Below, in pieces: positions 50,671-60,912 of a DNA stretch of 64,000 nucleotides; positions within the stretch are counted from its first letter, which is position 1; every line of letters starts with the position of its first letter. The notes below the pieces were generated by a model, which was not told where the DNA came from, made no database searches, and saw nothing but the letters and a program-made list of their open reading frames with translations. The DNA comes from an uncultured Alphaproteobacteria bacterium (lineage in GTDB: Bacteria > Pseudomonadota > Alphaproteobacteria > Rhizobiales > Methyloligellaceae). The stretch covers positions 620,322 through 684,321 of the forward strand of contig CAVUHA010000010.1 of the NCBI GenBank assembly GCA_963741155.1, read 5' to 3'. Made by a program: the position numbers and the translations under genes.

Positions 50671-51813
50671 TTACGCCCGCACGCGATGCGCGGTCTCGCC
50701 GTCGGCCATCGGCATGAGCGCGCGGAACACCGTTTGCCGCGGTCGCGAATCGCATTCGATGATGCCGCCATGGTCGCCGACGATCTTGGCGACGAGCGCA
50801 AGCCCAAGGCCGGTCCCCGACGGCTTGGTGGTGACGAAGGGATCGAAGAGGTGAGGCATGAGTTCGATGGGAATGCCCCCGCCATTGTCCTCCACGGCGA
50901 TCTCGAGCGGCAGGCTGACCCGGGCTTGGCTGCCTGGAACCGAAAGGCGTACACCCGGACGGAACGAGGTCCAGAGCGTGATTTGGCCGTCCGGCCGCTC
51001 CTCGCCGATCGCCTCGGCGGCGTTCTTGATAAGGTTGAGGAAGGCCTGGATCAGCTTGTCGCGGCTGCCGGGCACTGACGGCAGCGATGGATCGTAATTC
51101 TCGACGATCTTGATGTGGCGTGCGAAGCCATGGGTGGCGATTTGCTTCACATGATCCAGCACGTCATGGATGTTGACGGGCTCGCGCAACAGCGGCCGCT
51201 CATCGCCAAAGATCTCCATGCGGTCGACGAGCTTGCAGATACGGTCCGACTCCGCGCAAATGAGCTGGGTCAAGGTGCGGTCGGAATCAGTCCGCTCGCT
51301 TTCGAGTAGCTGCGCCGCCCCCCTGATGCCCGAGAGCGGATTCTTGATCTCGTGCGCCAGCACGGCGGCGAGCCCCGAGACGGAGCGCGCCGCGCCTCGA
51401 TGGGTGAACTGGCGCTCGATCATCTGCGCCATGCTACGCTGTTGCAGCATGATCAACACGCGGCCCGGCGCGTCGGGTAAAGGGCCACCATACAGGTCGA
51501 CGAGCTTCGGCGCATCGAAGCGGAACGAGCCGAGCTCCACGCCATATTCGTTGACGGTGGTACCATTGCGCTGCACCTGCTCGACCAGCGCGATAAGCGG
51601 GCTGCCGAAGGCGACGACGTCGGTGAGAGCTCGGCGGCAGAGCGCGCCGGCACTCATCTGGAAGAAATCTTCGGTGGCCGTGTTGGCGTATTCGATGTGA
51701 AGCGCATGGCCGATGACGAGGAGCGGATGCGGCAGCGCGCCAAGCAGCGCCTCCGTCTGGATCGGCGACTCGGCATGGCGGCGCGCGTTCTGCTTTTTGG
51801 TGGACGCGCTCAA
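50671..51813 (-). CDS. ntrB: Nitrogen regulation sensor kinase NtrB
   Basis: PAS-like N-terminus [13 protein letters not shown]-box [27 protein letters not shown]. Start proposed at TTG 51813, with GAGGA 9 nt upstream. Codons further upstream are AT-rich and atypical (TTG AAT ATT TGT AAA). Confidence 0.85.
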   Translation of the reverse strand: MSASTKKQNARRHAESPIQTEALLGALPHPLLVIGHALHIEYANTATEDFFQMSAGALCRRALTDVVAFGSPLIALVEQVQRNGTTVNEYGVELGSFRFDAPKLVDLYGGPLPDAPGRVLIMLQQRSMAQMIERQFTHRGAARSVSGLAAVLAHEIKNPLSGIRGAAQLLESERTDSDRTLTQLICAESDRICKLVDRMEIFGDERPLLREPVNIHDVLDHVKQIATHGFARHIKIVENYDPSLPSVPGSRDKLIQAFLNLIKNAAEAIGEERPDGQITLWTSFRPGVRLSVPGSQARVSLPLEIAVEDNGGGIPIELMPHLFDPFVTTKPSGTGLGLALVAKIVGDHGGIIECDSRPRQTVFRALMPMADGETAHRVRA

Positions 51814-51846
51814 GCGGTGTATCCTCGTGGCCCCCAACAAATCTTT

Positions 51847-51863
51847 TGCACAAATATTATGCA
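51847..51863. promoter_or_regulatory. NtrC-box-like dyad TGCACA-aatat-TATGCA in the ntrB/ispDF divergent spacer
   Basis: Compared with the enterobacterial consensus TGCACC-N5-GGTGCA, the left half matches 5/6 and the right half 4/6. In addition, TGCACAA (51847-53) is inverted as TTGTGCA at 51885-91. Confidence 0.25.
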
Positions 51864-51977
51864 ACATAGATCCGTGATCCATTATTGTGCAGGATATGGT
51901 GGTTTTAGCCCGGGAGCAACACTCCAAATGCCGCAGTGCAAAAAGATGGTTTCCGCGAGAATCCTCGGGGTTGGCCC

Positions 51978-53159
51978 ATGAGCGTCGCCGGCGTCATCGT
52001 GGCGGCGGGTCGCGGCTCCCGCGCCGGGAGCGAGGCAAGGCTGCCCAAGCAATATTGGCCGATCGGCGGCGTGCCCATGCTGGCGCGCGCGATTGGCGCC
52101 TTCGCCGCCCATCCGAGCATGGGCGACATCCTCGTGGTCATCCATCCCGACGATGCGCGGCTGTACGAGGCCGCAGCGGCGCCCTTTGCGACGCGCTTGC
52201 GTCCGCCGGTGGTCGGCGGCGCGACGCGGCAGGAGTCCGTGCGCGCCGGGCTCGAGGCGCTTGCCGCACGCGAGCCCGGCAAGGTGTTGATCCACGACGC
52301 CGCGCGGCCCTTTCTTGACGCGCCCCTGATCAGCCGCGTCATCGCCGGGCTCGAGGCCCATCCGGCCGCCCTCCCCGGCCTGCCCGTGACCGACACATTG
52401 AAGCGGGCGGTCGGGGGTCGCGTGACGGCGACGCTCGATCGACACGCGCTGTGGCGGGCGCAGACGCCGCAAGGCTTCAGCTTTGAGGCGATCCTCGCCG
52501 CCCATCGCGCCGCGGCGAAGAGCGGCGCGCTCGAGTTCACCGATGATGCGGGGCTCGCCGAATGGTTCGGCCTCGAGGTCGCCCTGGTAGAAGGCTCGGA
52601 AGCTAATCGCAAGCTCACCTCGGCGGAGGATCTCGTCATCGCCGATGAGCTCCTGCAGCCGCGTGGCGCGCACATGGCCCCTACGGTTCGTGTGGGCTCC
52701 GGCTATGACGTTCACGCCTTAGGCCCGGGCGATGCCGTGATCCTGTGTGGTGTGCCCATTCCGCATCACAAGAGGCTTGTCGGTCACAGCGACGCCGATG
52801 TGGGCTTGCACGCGCTCACCGATGCGCTGCTCGGCGCGCTTAGCGAGGGCGATATCGGTGTCCACTTCCCGCCTTCCGATGACCGTTGGCGGGGCGCGCC
52901 GTCGGAGCTGTTCCTCAAGGATGCCGCCGGCAGGCTTGCCGCGCGCGGCGGCGAGATCGTGCATGTGGACCTGACCTTTATGTGCGAAGCCCCCCGCATA
53001 GGGCCTTACCGGGATCAGATGCGGGGAAACGTCGCGGCGATGCTCGGCCTCGATATGGGTCAAGTCAGCGTCAAGGCGACCACCAATGAGGGGCTGGGCT
53101 TCATCGGGCGCGGCGAAGGCATTGCGGCAATGGCGACGGCGACGGTGAGTCTGCCATGA
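51978..53159 (+). CDS. ispDF: Bifunctional IspD/IspF (MEP cytidylyltransferase / MEcPP synthase)
   Basis: Isp[14 protein letters not shown]. Isp[10 protein letters not shown]...[12 protein letters not shown]. Start at ATG 51978. Confidence 0.93.
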   Translation: MSVAGVIVAAGRGSRAGSEARLPKQYWPIGGVPMLARAIGAFAAHPSMGDILVVIHPDDARLYEAAAAPFATRLRPPVVGGATRQESVRAGLEALAAREPGKVLIHDAARPFLDAPLISRVIAGLEAHPAALPGLPVTDTLKRAVGGRVTATLDRHALWRAQTPQGFSFEAILAAHRAAAKSGALEFTDDAGLAEWFGLEVALVEGSEANRKLTSAEDLVIADELLQPRGAHMAPTVRVGSGYDVHALGPGDAVILCGVPIPHHKRLVGHSDADVGLHALTDALLGALSEGDIGVHFPPSDDRWRGAPSELFLKDAAGRLAARGGEIVHVDLTFMCEAPRIGPYRDQMRGNVAAMLGLDMGQVSVKATTNEGLGFIGRGEGIAAMATATVSLP

Positions 53160-53662
53160 GTGATGCGATCGTTATCGACGACCACCTGATCGCACAAGCG
53201 GCCGAGTTGCTGGAGGCTTGCCGTGTCCGCGGCGTCACGCTCGCCACGGCGGAGTCCTGCACGGGCGGCCTCGTCGCAGCCACGCTCACCGCGTTGCCCG
53301 GCGCCTCCGACGTGGTCGAGCGCGGCTTCGTGACGTATTCCAACGCCGCCAAGAGCGAGATGCTGGGCGTGCCGGTCTGGCTGATCGAGCGGCACGGCGC
53401 CGTGAGCGAGGACGTCGCGCGGGCCATGGCGGGCGGCGCGCTCACCCATTCGCGCGCGAGCCTCGTCATTGCCATTACCGGCATTGCCGGACCCCACGGC
53501 GGGAGCGCAGAGAAGCCGGTCGGTCTCGTCCACTTCGCTGGGGGCATGCGGGAGCAGGCCATCAGCCATGAGCGGGTGCTGTTCGGAGACCTCGGCCGGA
53601 GCGAGATCAGGCGGCTCGCGGTCGAGCGCGCCTTTCGCCTCGTGGCCTCACTGTTGCGGTGA
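53156..53662 (+). CDS. CinA-family protein (nicotinamide-nucleotide amidohydrolase PncC-like domain)
   Basis: [14 protein letters not shown] and [17 protein letters not shown]. The ATG overlaps the ispDF stop (ATGA). Confidence 0.87.
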   Translation: MSDAIVIDDHLIAQAAELLEACRVRGVTLATAESCTGGLVAATLTALPGASDVVERGFVTYSNAAKSEMLGVPVWLIERHGAVSEDVARAMAGGALTHSRASLVIAITGIAGPHGGSAEKPVGLVHFAGGMREQAISHERVLFGDLGRSEIRRLAVERAFRLVASLLR

Positions 53663-54136
53663 AGCGAGCGCGCCCGGGCGCGCCGGGGCGCGGCCATAGA
53701 CCGCGTCGGCCCGGGCCTCGAAGGCGGCGGTATATTTGCGCACGGCCTTGGAGAACAATCCGCCCATCAGGCGCTCGAACAGGCGCGAGCGGAAACTGTA
53801 AGCGATGTAGAAATCGACGTTGCACGTTTGGGCCGTGACGGGTTCGAAACGCCAGCGGTTCTCGAGGTGCGAGAACGGCCCGTCGAGATACTGGACCAGG
53901 ATGGTGTGGGCCCCGTGATCGAGGCTGACTTGCGTGGTGAAGCCCTCGCGCAGGAGCTTGTAGCCCACCACCATGGTGGCGATCAGTACGTCTCTGCCGT
54001 TCTCCTGCCTGCGGCTCTTGACCGTCAGCTCCTCGCAGAGCGGCAGGAACTTCGGATAGTCCTCCACTTTGGCAATGAGCGCGTACATGTCCTCGGCCGA
54101 ATGGCCCACAGGGTGGATGGTCTCGTAGATATGCAT
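53648..54136 (-). CDS. SRPBCC-fold protein (RatA / COQ10-like polyketide-cyclase family)
   Basis: Length and pattern: [20 protein letters not shown]...WRFEP. Sits directly downstream of lipA. The 3' end overlaps cinA convergently by 15 nt. Confidence 0.72.
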   Translation of the reverse strand: MHIYETIHPVGHSAEDMYALIAKVEDYPKFLPLCEELTVKSRRQENGRDVLIATMVVGYKLLREGFTTQVSLDHGAHTILVQYLDGPFSHLENRWRFEPVTAQTCNVDFYIAYSFRSRLFERLMGGLFSKAVRKYTAAFEARADAVYGRAPARPGALASPQQ

Positions 54137-54164
54137 GGGGATTGCAGTGGGTCGTGCTCGCTGC

Positions 54165-55124
54165 TTAGCGCCGAAGCGCTGTCTCGCGCGCCTGGCGGAG
54201 AAACGCGAAGTCCTCGGCCGCGTGATAGGAGGAGCGCGTCAGGGGGCTTGCCGCCGTGAGCAAGAATCCCTTGGTCAAGGCAGCGCACCGATAGCTCGCG
54301 AACTCCTCAGGCGTCACGAAGCGGTCGATGGCGGCGTGCTTGCGGGTCGGCTGCAGGTATTGGCCGATGGTGAGGAAGTCGACGCCCGCCGCCCGCATGT
54401 CGTCCATGACGCCAAGTACCTCCCTCTCGCTCTCGCCCAGGCCCACCATGATGCCGGATTTGGTGAAGACGCTCGGCGCCAGCTGCTTGGCATACGACAG
54501 CAACTCCAGTGAGTGATCGTAGCGGGCGCCCGGTCGGATGGTCCGATAGAGCGACGGCACCGTTTCGAGATTGTGATTGAGCACATCGGGCCGCGCGCGC
54601 ATCACGACCTCGAGCGCGCCATCTTTGCGATAGAAATCCGGAATCAGCACCTCGATGGTGGTGCTGGGAGCGGCCTGTCTTATCGCGCCGATGGTGGCCG
54701 CAAAATGGGCCGCGCCGCCGTCGGGAAGATCGTCGCGATCGACCGAGGTCACCACCACATGGGCAAGGGCAAGCGTGGCCATGGCATGGCCGACGCGCTC
54801 CGGCTCGGAAGGATCAAGGTGTGCGGGGCGCCCGGTGCGCACATTGCAGAAGGCGCAAGCCCGCGTGCAGGTGTCGCCCATGATCATGACGGTGGCGTGC
54901 CGCTTGCTCCAGCACTCGCCGATATTGGGGCAGGCGGCCTCCTCGCACACGGTATGCAGGCGGTGCGCGCGTAAAGTAGCGCGGGTCGCGTCGAAGGCGC
55001 CTAAGCCTGGCGCCTTGACGCGGATCCAAGGCGGCTTCGGTAGCACGCGTGTGTCGGGCCGATGCGCCTTCTCGGGGTGGCGCGGTTTCGCCTCGTTCCT
55101 TGCGCTATCGAGCACTGTCACCAC
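54165..55124 (-). CDS. lipA: Lipoyl synthase
   Basis: [12 protein letters not shown] auxiliary cluster and radical-SAM [10 protein letters not shown]. Confidence 0.95.
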   Translation of the reverse strand: MVTVLDSARNEAKPRHPEKAHRPDTRVLPKPPWIRVKAPGLGAFDATRATLRAHRLHTVCEEAACPNIGECWSKRHATVMIMGDTCTRACAFCNVRTGRPAHLDPSEPERVGHAMATLALAHVVVTSVDRDDLPDGGAAHFAATIGAIRQAAPSTTIEVLIPDFYRKDGALEVVMRARPDVLNHNLETVPSLYRTIRPGARYDHSLELLSYAKQLAPSVFTKSGIMVGLGESEREVLGVMDDMRAAGVDFLTIGQYLQPTRKHAAIDRFVTPEEFASYRCAALTKGFLLTAASPLTRSSYHAAEDFAFLRQARETALRR

Positions 55125-55204
55125 GATCCGCCGTTGGACTCTTTCGCCTTAAGGGGCGGCGGGCCGGTGCAGCCTGCGCCTAAGGTCCCCTCGCCCGGTG
55201 CGCC

Positions 55205-56611
55205 TCAGATATGGATGGCGCGGCCGAACGTGTCGAGCACCAATTCGTGCATCATCTCCGAGAGCGTGGGGTGGGGGAAGATGGTTCGCATCAATTCCGC
55301 TTCCGTCGTTTCCAGGGTTTTTGCGATGGCGAAGCCCTGGATCAGCTCGGTCACCTCAGCCCCGATCATATGGGCACCGAGCAGTGCGCCGCTTTGCGCG
55401 TCGAAGATGGTCTTGATCAGGCCTTCGGTATCGCCAAGCGCAATGGCTTTGCCGTTCGCCTGATAGGGGAAGCGCCCCACTTTGAGCTGAAGCCCTTGTG
55501 CGCGGGCGCCCTCCTCGGTCAAGCCGACGCTTGCGACTTGCGGCCAGCAATAGGTGCAGGCGGGGATGTTGGTCGTGTCGAGGGGATGGGTGCCGTCGAT
55601 GCCGGCGATCCTCTCCACGCACAGCACGCCTTCGTGGCTCGCCTTGTGGGCAAGCCAGGGCGCCCCGACGACGTCGCCGATGGCGTAGAGGCCGGGAGCG
55701 CCCGTGCGGCACCATTCATCTACCACGATATGGCCGCGCTCAATCCGGACCCCCTGCTGTTCAATCCCGAGTCCCTCCACATTGCCGGTGATGCCGATGG
55801 CGAGAATGACACGATCTACGGTCAGCATTTCGGTGGCGCCCTCGGCATGCTTCAGCGTTGCCGTGACGCTATCGCTACCGGGCTCAAGCGCCGCCACCGT
55901 GGTTTCCGTGTGGACGCGCATGCCCTGGCGAGCGAAGGCCTTGCGCGCGAGGGCTGAGATCTCGGCGTCCTCGCTGGACAGGATGCGGCCCAGCGTCTCC
56001 ACCACCGTCACCTCGGCGCCGAGGGTGCGGTAGAAGCTCGCAAACTCGATGCCGATGGCGCCGGAGCCCACCACGAGCAGAGACTTGGGCATGGAGGGCG
56101 GCACCATGGCTTCCTTGTAGGTCCAGATCAGCCTGCCGTCGGGTTGAAGCCCCGGCAGGGTCTTGGCGCGCGCGCCCGTGGCAATGATGATGTGCTTGGC
56201 GTCGATGGCGGGAAGCGCCGTGCTATCCTTGGCCGTGACCGCGATTCTCCCCTGCCCTTGCAGCCGCGCGGCGCCGTGGACCACCGTGATCTTGTTCTGC
56301 TGCATGAGATAGGCGACGCCCCTCGCCAACCGGTCCGCGACTTTCCGGCTGCGCTCCACGATTTTGGCAAGGTCGTAGCGAAGATTGTCGGCGGCGAGGC
56401 CGAACTCGCCCGCGTGTCCCATCACATGATAGAGCTCGGAGGAGCGGAGCAGCGCCTTGGTGGGGATGCAGCCCCAGTTGAGACAGATGCCGCCCAGATG
56501 CGCGCGCTCGATGATCACCGTGTTGAGGCCGAGCTGCGCGGCGCGGATCGCCGCCACATAGCCGCCGGGCCCGGCGCCGATGATGGCAAGATCGGGGCTG
56601 CTCTCCGTCAT
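55205..56611 (-). CDS. lpdA: Dihydrolipoyl dehydrogenase (E3)
   Basis: GAGPGGYVAA FAD motif. Redox disulfide GGICLNWGCIPTK. C-terminal HPTLSE. Confidence 0.95.
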   Translation of the reverse strand: MTESSPDLAIIGAGPGGYVAAIRAAQLGLNTVIIERAHLGGICLNWGCIPTKALLRSSELYHVMGHAGEFGLAADNLRYDLAKIVERSRKVADRLARGVAYLMQQNKITVVHGAARLQGQGRIAVTAKDSTALPAIDAKHIIIATGARAKTLPGLQPDGRLIWTYKEAMVPPSMPKSLLVVGSGAIGIEFASFYRTLGAEVTVVETLGRILSSEDAEISALARKAFARQGMRVHTETTVAALEPGSDSVTATLKHAEGATEMLTVDRVILAIGITGNVEGLGIEQQGVRIERGHIVVDEWCRTGAPGLYAIGDVVGAPWLAHKASHEGVLCVERIAGIDGTHPLDTTNIPACTYCWPQVASVGLTEEGARAQGLQLKVGRFPYQANGKAIALGDTEGLIKTIFDAQSGALLGAHMIGAEVTELIQGFAIAKTLETTEAELMRTIFPHPTLSEMMHELVLDTFGRAIHI

Positions 56612-56614
56612 CCC

Positions 56615-57589
56615 CTACACCAGCATGGTCACGGGGTCTTGGATGAAGGCCTTGAACGCTTGCAGTAGCTTGGCGCCGAGCGCGCCGTCGATCACCCGGT
56701 GATCGACCGAGAGTGTCACGCTCATCATGGTCGCAACTTTCACGACGTCCTTTTTGATCACCGGCCGCTTCTCCGCTTTGCCGACGGCAAGGATGCTTGC
56801 CTGTGGCGGGTTGATCACCGCCTCGAAGCGGGCGATGCCATACATGCCGAGATTGGAGATGGTGGTGGTGCCGCCCTGATATTCGTGCGGTGCCAGGCGT
56901 TTGGAGCGGGCGCGGGCTGCCAAGTCCTTCATCTCGTTGGAGATTTCCGACAGGCTCTTCACTTCCGCCATGCGGATCACCGGCGTGAACAAGCCGCCGC
57001 CCGGAAGCGCCACGGCCACCGCTATGTCCGAGGTGCGGTGGAGCAGCAGGCCCTCGCGGGTCCAGGTGGCGTTGGCCCCCGGCACGGTCTGTAGTGCCAT
57101 GGCCATGGCCTTGATGACGAAGTCGTTGACCGAGAGCTTGAAGGCGCGCGGGCCGTCCTTGGGCGTAATCGCGTTGAGGCGCTTGCGCGCAGCCAGCAGC
57201 GCGTCGAGCTTGCAGTCGAGAGACAGATAGAAATGCGGGATGGTTTGCTTGGCGAGCGTCAGTCGCTCGGCGATGAAGCGCCGCATCGTGTCGTGGGGCA
57301 CGAGCTGGTAGCTGCCCGGCTCGTAAAGGGCGAGCACGGACGCGTCGGACATGGCCGAGGCGAGAGCCGGCCCGACGGGCTGCGCCGCCGGTGCCCGCAC
57401 GATGTCCCGCTTCTCGGTGACCGGCTCCATGGTGGTTTGCGTTGCGGCCTGCTCGATATCCGCCTTGACGACGCGGCCATGCGGACCTGAGCCTCGGATT
57501 GCGCCGAGGTCGAGGCCGCGCTCGCGGGCGAGCCGCCGCGCGAGGGGCGAGGCGAAGACGCGGTCGGGGGCTTGGATCGAAGCTTGCAT
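56615..57589 (-). CDS. pdhC: Dihydrolipoamide acetyltransferase (E2) core: E3-binding domain + catalytic domain, with NO lipoyl domain
   Basis: It starts directly in the peripheral-subunit-binding domain (RVFASPLARRLARERGLDLGAIRGSGPHGRVVKADI). The catalytic domain has DHRVIDGA. An in-frame TGA (57593-95) lies 3 nt upstream of the ATG, so the ORF cannot extend. Confidence 0.85.
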   Translation of the reverse strand: MQASIQAPDRVFASPLARRLARERGLDLGAIRGSGPHGRVVKADIEQAATQTTMEPVTEKRDIVRAPAAQPVGPALASAMSDASVLALYEPGSYQLVPHDTMRRFIAERLTLAKQTIPHFYLSLDCKLDALLAARKRLNAITPKDGPRAFKLSVNDFVIKAMAMALQTVPGANATWTREGLLLHRTSDIAVAVALPGGGLFTPVIRMAEVKSLSEISNEMKDLAARARSKRLAPHEYQGGTTTISNLGMYGIARFEAVINPPQASILAVGKAEKRPVIKKDVVKVATMMSVTLSVDHRVIDGALGAKLLQAFKAFIQDPVTMLV

Positions 57590-57592
57590 GGA

Positions 57593-57994
57593 TCAGCGTG
57601 CCTCCTGAGCGCGCAGTGTCGCCATGCTTTCCTCCCAGTGTTGCCCGTCGAAGGGCTTCACCGTTACCGCGTGGAAGGTCCCCTCTTCCAGGCAGCGCAC
57701 ATTCACGCTGTAGCCGTCGGGGCGCGAGCGCGGCACGTAGAAGCTCTTTATTCCGCATACGGAGCAGAAGCGATGCTTCGCCACGCTGGTGTTGAACGTA
57801 TAGGTCGTGAGTTTGTCGGCCCCTGCGAGCAGGCGGAAGCGGTCCTTGGGCACGATCAGATGCAGATAGCCGGTCATGCGGCAGATCGAGCAGTTGCAGT
57901 CCTTAGCCTCGATCGCGTCCGGTGCGAGCACCTCGAAGCGCACGGCGCCGCAGTGACAGCCGCCCTTCTTCCAAGTCATGGGGGCTTCGGTCAT
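57593..57994 (-). CDS. GFA-family (glutathione-dependent formaldehyde-activating enzyme / CENP-V-like) zinc protein
   Basis: Cys motifs GGCHCGAVRF, CNCSIC, FCSVCG. ATG 57994 is 5 nt after the pdhB stop, and its own stop is 3 nt before the pdhC ATG. Confidence 0.8.
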   Translation of the reverse strand: MTEAPMTWKKGGCHCGAVRFEVLAPDAIEAKDCNCSICRMTGYLHLIVPKDRFRLLAGADKLTTYTFNTSVAKHRFCSVCGIKSFYVPRSRPDGYSVNVRCLEEGTFHAVTVKPFDGQHWEESMATLRAQEAR

Positions 57995-57999
57995 GTCGC

Positions 58000-59469
58000 T
58001 TACTTCCGGTAGCAGACGGACTTGGCCGCGGCCACGACCTGCTCCACCGAGGGCAGCGCGAGCTTCTCGAGGTTGGCGGCGTAAGGCATGGGCACGTCGG
58101 CGCCGGAAATCTTGATGGGCGGCGCGTCGAGATGGTCGAAGGCATCCATGGCCACTCGCGCGCAGACCTCGGAGCCGATGGAGCACATGGGCCACGCCTC
58201 TTCCACGGTGACGATGCGGTTGGTCTTTCTGACCGAGGCGAGCACCGTCCCCATGTCCAGCGGCCGGAGCGTGCGCAGATCGATCACCTCGGCCTCGATG
58301 CCGTCTTGCGCCAAATGCTTGGCGGCGTCCAATGCGTAGGCGAGCCCGCGCGAATAGGAGACGATGGTCACGTGCCGCCCCTCCCTTGCCACGCGCGCCT
58401 TGCCGATGGGCAGGACGAAGTCGTCGAGCTTCGGAACCTCGAAGCTCTGGCCGTACAGGATCTCGTTCTCGAGAAACACCACGGGCCCCGGATCGCGGAT
58501 GGCGGCCTTGAGCAGTCCCTTGGCGTCGGCGGCGGTATAGGGCGCGATCACTTTGAGGCCCGGCACGCTCGCATACCAGGCGGAGAAATCCTGACTGTGC
58601 TGGGCGGCGACGCGGGCGGCGGCACCGTTGGGCCCGCGGAACACGATGGGGCAATGCATCTGGCCGCCCGACATGTATAGGGTCTTGGCCGAGGAGTTGA
58701 CGATGTGGTCGATCGCCTGCATGGCGAAGTTCCAGGTCATGAACTCGACGATGGGCCTGAGCCCCGCAAAGCCCGCGCCGACGCCGACGCCGGCAAAGCC
58801 ATATTCGGTGATGGGCGTGTCGACGACGCGGGACGGGCCGAACTCCTCGAGCAGGCCCTGGGTCACTTTGTAGGCGCCCTGATATTGGGCGACCTCCTCG
58901 CCCATGACGAAGACGCTTCCGTTGGCCCGCATCTCCTCGGCCATGGCGTCGCGCAGCGCCTCGCGCACGGTCATGGAGACCATCGCGGTGCCGGGTGGAA
59001 TTTCAGCGTCCCGGTCGAGTTCCTGGGGCGCAATGTGGGGCCCGGCAGGTGCCTCCTCGACCAGTGGCGGCTCCTCTCCCGGCGGGATGGGCGAAGGTGC
59101 CTCACTGCCGCCATCATGGCGAGTAGAAGCTATTTTGGCTATTGTGGCGCCTTCTGTCGTCTGTCGCTCGAGCGGTGCTGATGCGCCATCTCCCCCGTGG
59201 GGAGAGGCAAGAGGCTCAGAGCCGTCGTGCTCGGTGAGCAGGACCGCGATAGGCTGGTTGACCGGCACGTGCTCGGCGCCCTCGGCGACGAGGAGCTTAC
59301 TGATCCGCCCGTCGTCGACCGCTTCGACCTCCATGGTCGCCTTGTCGGTTTCGATCTCGGCGATGACGTCGCCGGTGCGCACCTGATCACCCTCGCCGAC
59401 GAGCCACTTGGCGAGCTTGCCCTCCTCCATGGTGGGCGAGAGCGCCGGCATCAGGAGCTCGACGGGCAT
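58000..59469 (-). CDS. pdhB: Pyruvate dehydrogenase E1 beta subunit with N-terminal lipoyl domain
   Basis: Lipoyl domain [24 protein letters not shown]...[15 protein letters not shown], then a Pro/Glu/Ala linker, then a transketolase-like beta core ([12 protein letters not shown]...). Confidence 0.93.
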   Translation of the reverse strand: MPVELLMPALSPTMEEGKLAKWLVGEGDQVRTGDVIAEIETDKATMEVEAVDDGRISKLLVAEGAEHVPVNQPIAVLLTEHDGSEPLASPHGGDGASAPLERQTTEGATIAKIASTRHDGGSEAPSPIPPGEEPPLVEEAPAGPHIAPQELDRDAEIPPGTAMVSMTVREALRDAMAEEMRANGSVFVMGEEVAQYQGAYKVTQGLLEEFGPSRVVDTPITEYGFAGVGVGAGFAGLRPIVEFMTWNFAMQAIDHIVNSSAKTLYMSGGQMHCPIVFRGPNGAAARVAAQHSQDFSAWYASVPGLKVIAPYTAADAKGLLKAAIRDPGPVVFLENEILYGQSFEVPKLDDFVLPIGKARVAREGRHVTIVSYSRGLAYALDAAKHLAQDGIEAEVIDLRTLRPLDMGTVLASVRKTNRIVTVEEAWPMCSIGSEVCARVAMDAFDHLDAPPIKISGADVPMPYAANLEKLALPSVEQVVAAAKSVCYRK

Positions 59470-59474
59470 GCGGG

Positions 59475-60548
59475 TCAGGCCACGACGTCGGTGGCGAGCT
59501 CGGAGGCGTCAGGCTCGGGGTCCTGAGTGGCGAACTCGGCCGCCTCATTCACGCGGGCGCGAATCTCCCGGTCGATCTCCTTGATCTGGTCCTCGTTCAC
59601 CACCCCACTCTCCATGAGGCGCCTGCGCACCAGCTCGATCGGGTCACGATGCTCGCGGACGTCCTGCACCTCCTCGCGGCTGCGATATTTCGCCGGGTCG
59701 GACATGGAATGGCCGCGATAGCGGTAGGTGAGCATTTCAAGGATCTTCGGCCCCGCGCCTGTGCGCACGCGCGCAACGGCGTCCAACCCCGCCGCCTGTA
59801 CCGCGCGCACGTCCATGCCGTCCACGCGCGTGCCCGGGATGCCGTAGACCGAGCCGCGATTGTAAAGCTCCTCGGCGCGCGCGCTAGCGCGCTCTACCGC
59901 CGTGCCCATGGCGTAATGATTGTTCTCGATGACGTAGACCACCGGAAGCTTCCACAGGGACGCCATGTTGAAGCTTTCATAGACTTGGCCCTGGTTCGCG
60001 GCGCCCTCCCCGAAATACGTCAGGCAAACTCGATCATTACCCCGATATTTGTTGGCAAAGGCAAGGCCGCTGCCGAGCGGGGCCGGCGCACCGACGATGC
60101 CGTGGCCGCCAAAGAAGTTCTTCGCCACGGAGAACATGTGCATGGAGCCGCCTTTGCCCTTGGCATATCCGTGGCGCCGTCCCGTGAGCTCCGCCATCAC
60201 GCGCTTCGGGTCCATGCCGCAGGCGAGCATGTGACCATGGTCGCGATAGGCGGTGATGACCTGATCGCCCTCTTGCCGGGTCATCTCCATGCCGACCACG
60301 ACGGCTTCCTGGCCGATATAGAGGTGGCAGAAGCCGCCGATCAATCCCATGCCATAGAGCTGGCCCGCCTTCTCCTCGAAACGGCGGATCAAGAGCATGT
60401 CGCGATAGGCCTTGAGCTCCTGCTCGGGGGTGAAGCTTGGGATGCTTTCGCCTGGCGGCTCGCGTGACGGCCGGTCGGCGAGCCAGAAGTTCGCGGCTCC
60501 GGGTGAGAGGGTGGGCGCGGTGCTCAAACCATTGTCTTGTGCGGTCAA
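59475..60548 (-). CDS. pdhA: Pyruvate dehydrogenase E1 alpha subunit
   Basis: [10 protein letters not shown] and the TPP-binding region [17 protein letters not shown]. Its stop is 5 nt before the pdhB ATG. Confidence 0.93.
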   Translation of the reverse strand: MTAQDNGLSTAPTLSPGAANFWLADRPSREPPGESIPSFTPEQELKAYRDMLLIRRFEEKAGQLYGMGLIGGFCHLYIGQEAVVVGMEMTRQEGDQVITAYRDHGHMLACGMDPKRVMAELTGRRHGYAKGKGGSMHMFSVAKNFFGGHGIVGAPAPLGSGLAFANKYRGNDRVCLTYFGEGAANQGQVYESFNMASLWKLPVVYVIENNHYAMGTAVERASARAEELYNRGSVYGIPGTRVDGMDVRAVQAAGLDAVARVRTGAGPKILEMLTYRYRGHSMSDPAKYRSREEVQDVREHRDPIELVRRRLMESGVVNEDQIKEIDREIRARVNEAAEFATQDPEPDASELATDVVA

Positions 60549-60685
60549 GCTCGGGGTCTCCGTCGGTTTCCGCCCAACGCAAACGCTAGCACGAGTTCTA
60601 AGCGTGCTGAAAGACGCGGGACCATCGTGCGAAGGTGCTGTTGACGAAACGGATAGAGCCGTGATTCGCTTCCTTTCCCGCTGGA

Positions 60686-60703
60686 TTCCGGCTGCCGCCG
60701 GAA
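60686..60703. repeat. GC-rich palindrome TTCCGGC-tgcc-GCCGGAA
   Basis: Read directly. 7-bp arms and a 4-nt spacer, in the psiF/pdhA spacer. Confidence 0.5.
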
Positions 60704-60798
60704 GGACGCCGTCCGCAGCCTTTTGTGGCAGGTTGGCGAGACCGCGGAATCCTAGGCCACTCCAACGCTAATCACTCGACGCAAGGCGTGGTGGCGCT

Positions 60799-60819
60799 CG
60801 TCATTCCGCCGGAATGACG
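60799..60819. repeat. Perfect palindrome CGTCATTCCG-c-CGGAATGACG
   Basis: Read directly. 10-bp arms. It shares the ATTCCG...CGGAA core with the palindrome at 60686. Confidence 0.5.
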
Positions 60820-60912
60820 CGCGCTGGGGCCACGGCCCTCAGGGCTTAGGCGGTTTCGCGGCCGCCGCAGTGAGGGCAAACGTCAATTTGCGCATTGCCA
60901 AGCTCCTTGGGT

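Noticed and set aside
53648-54136. Possible RatA-type toxin of a toxin-antitoxin pair
   Set aside because: There is no small partner ORF next to it. It sits downstream of lipA, as the housekeeping SRPBCC/COQ10-like gene commonly does (my recollection). I treated it as a core gene, not a TA module.
56223-57758. 511-aa minus-strand ORF spanning lpdA, pdhC and gfa
   Set aside because: It is an alternative frame with extreme Arg/Gly/Pro content. The in-frame lpdA, pdhC and GFA products all have clear motifs.
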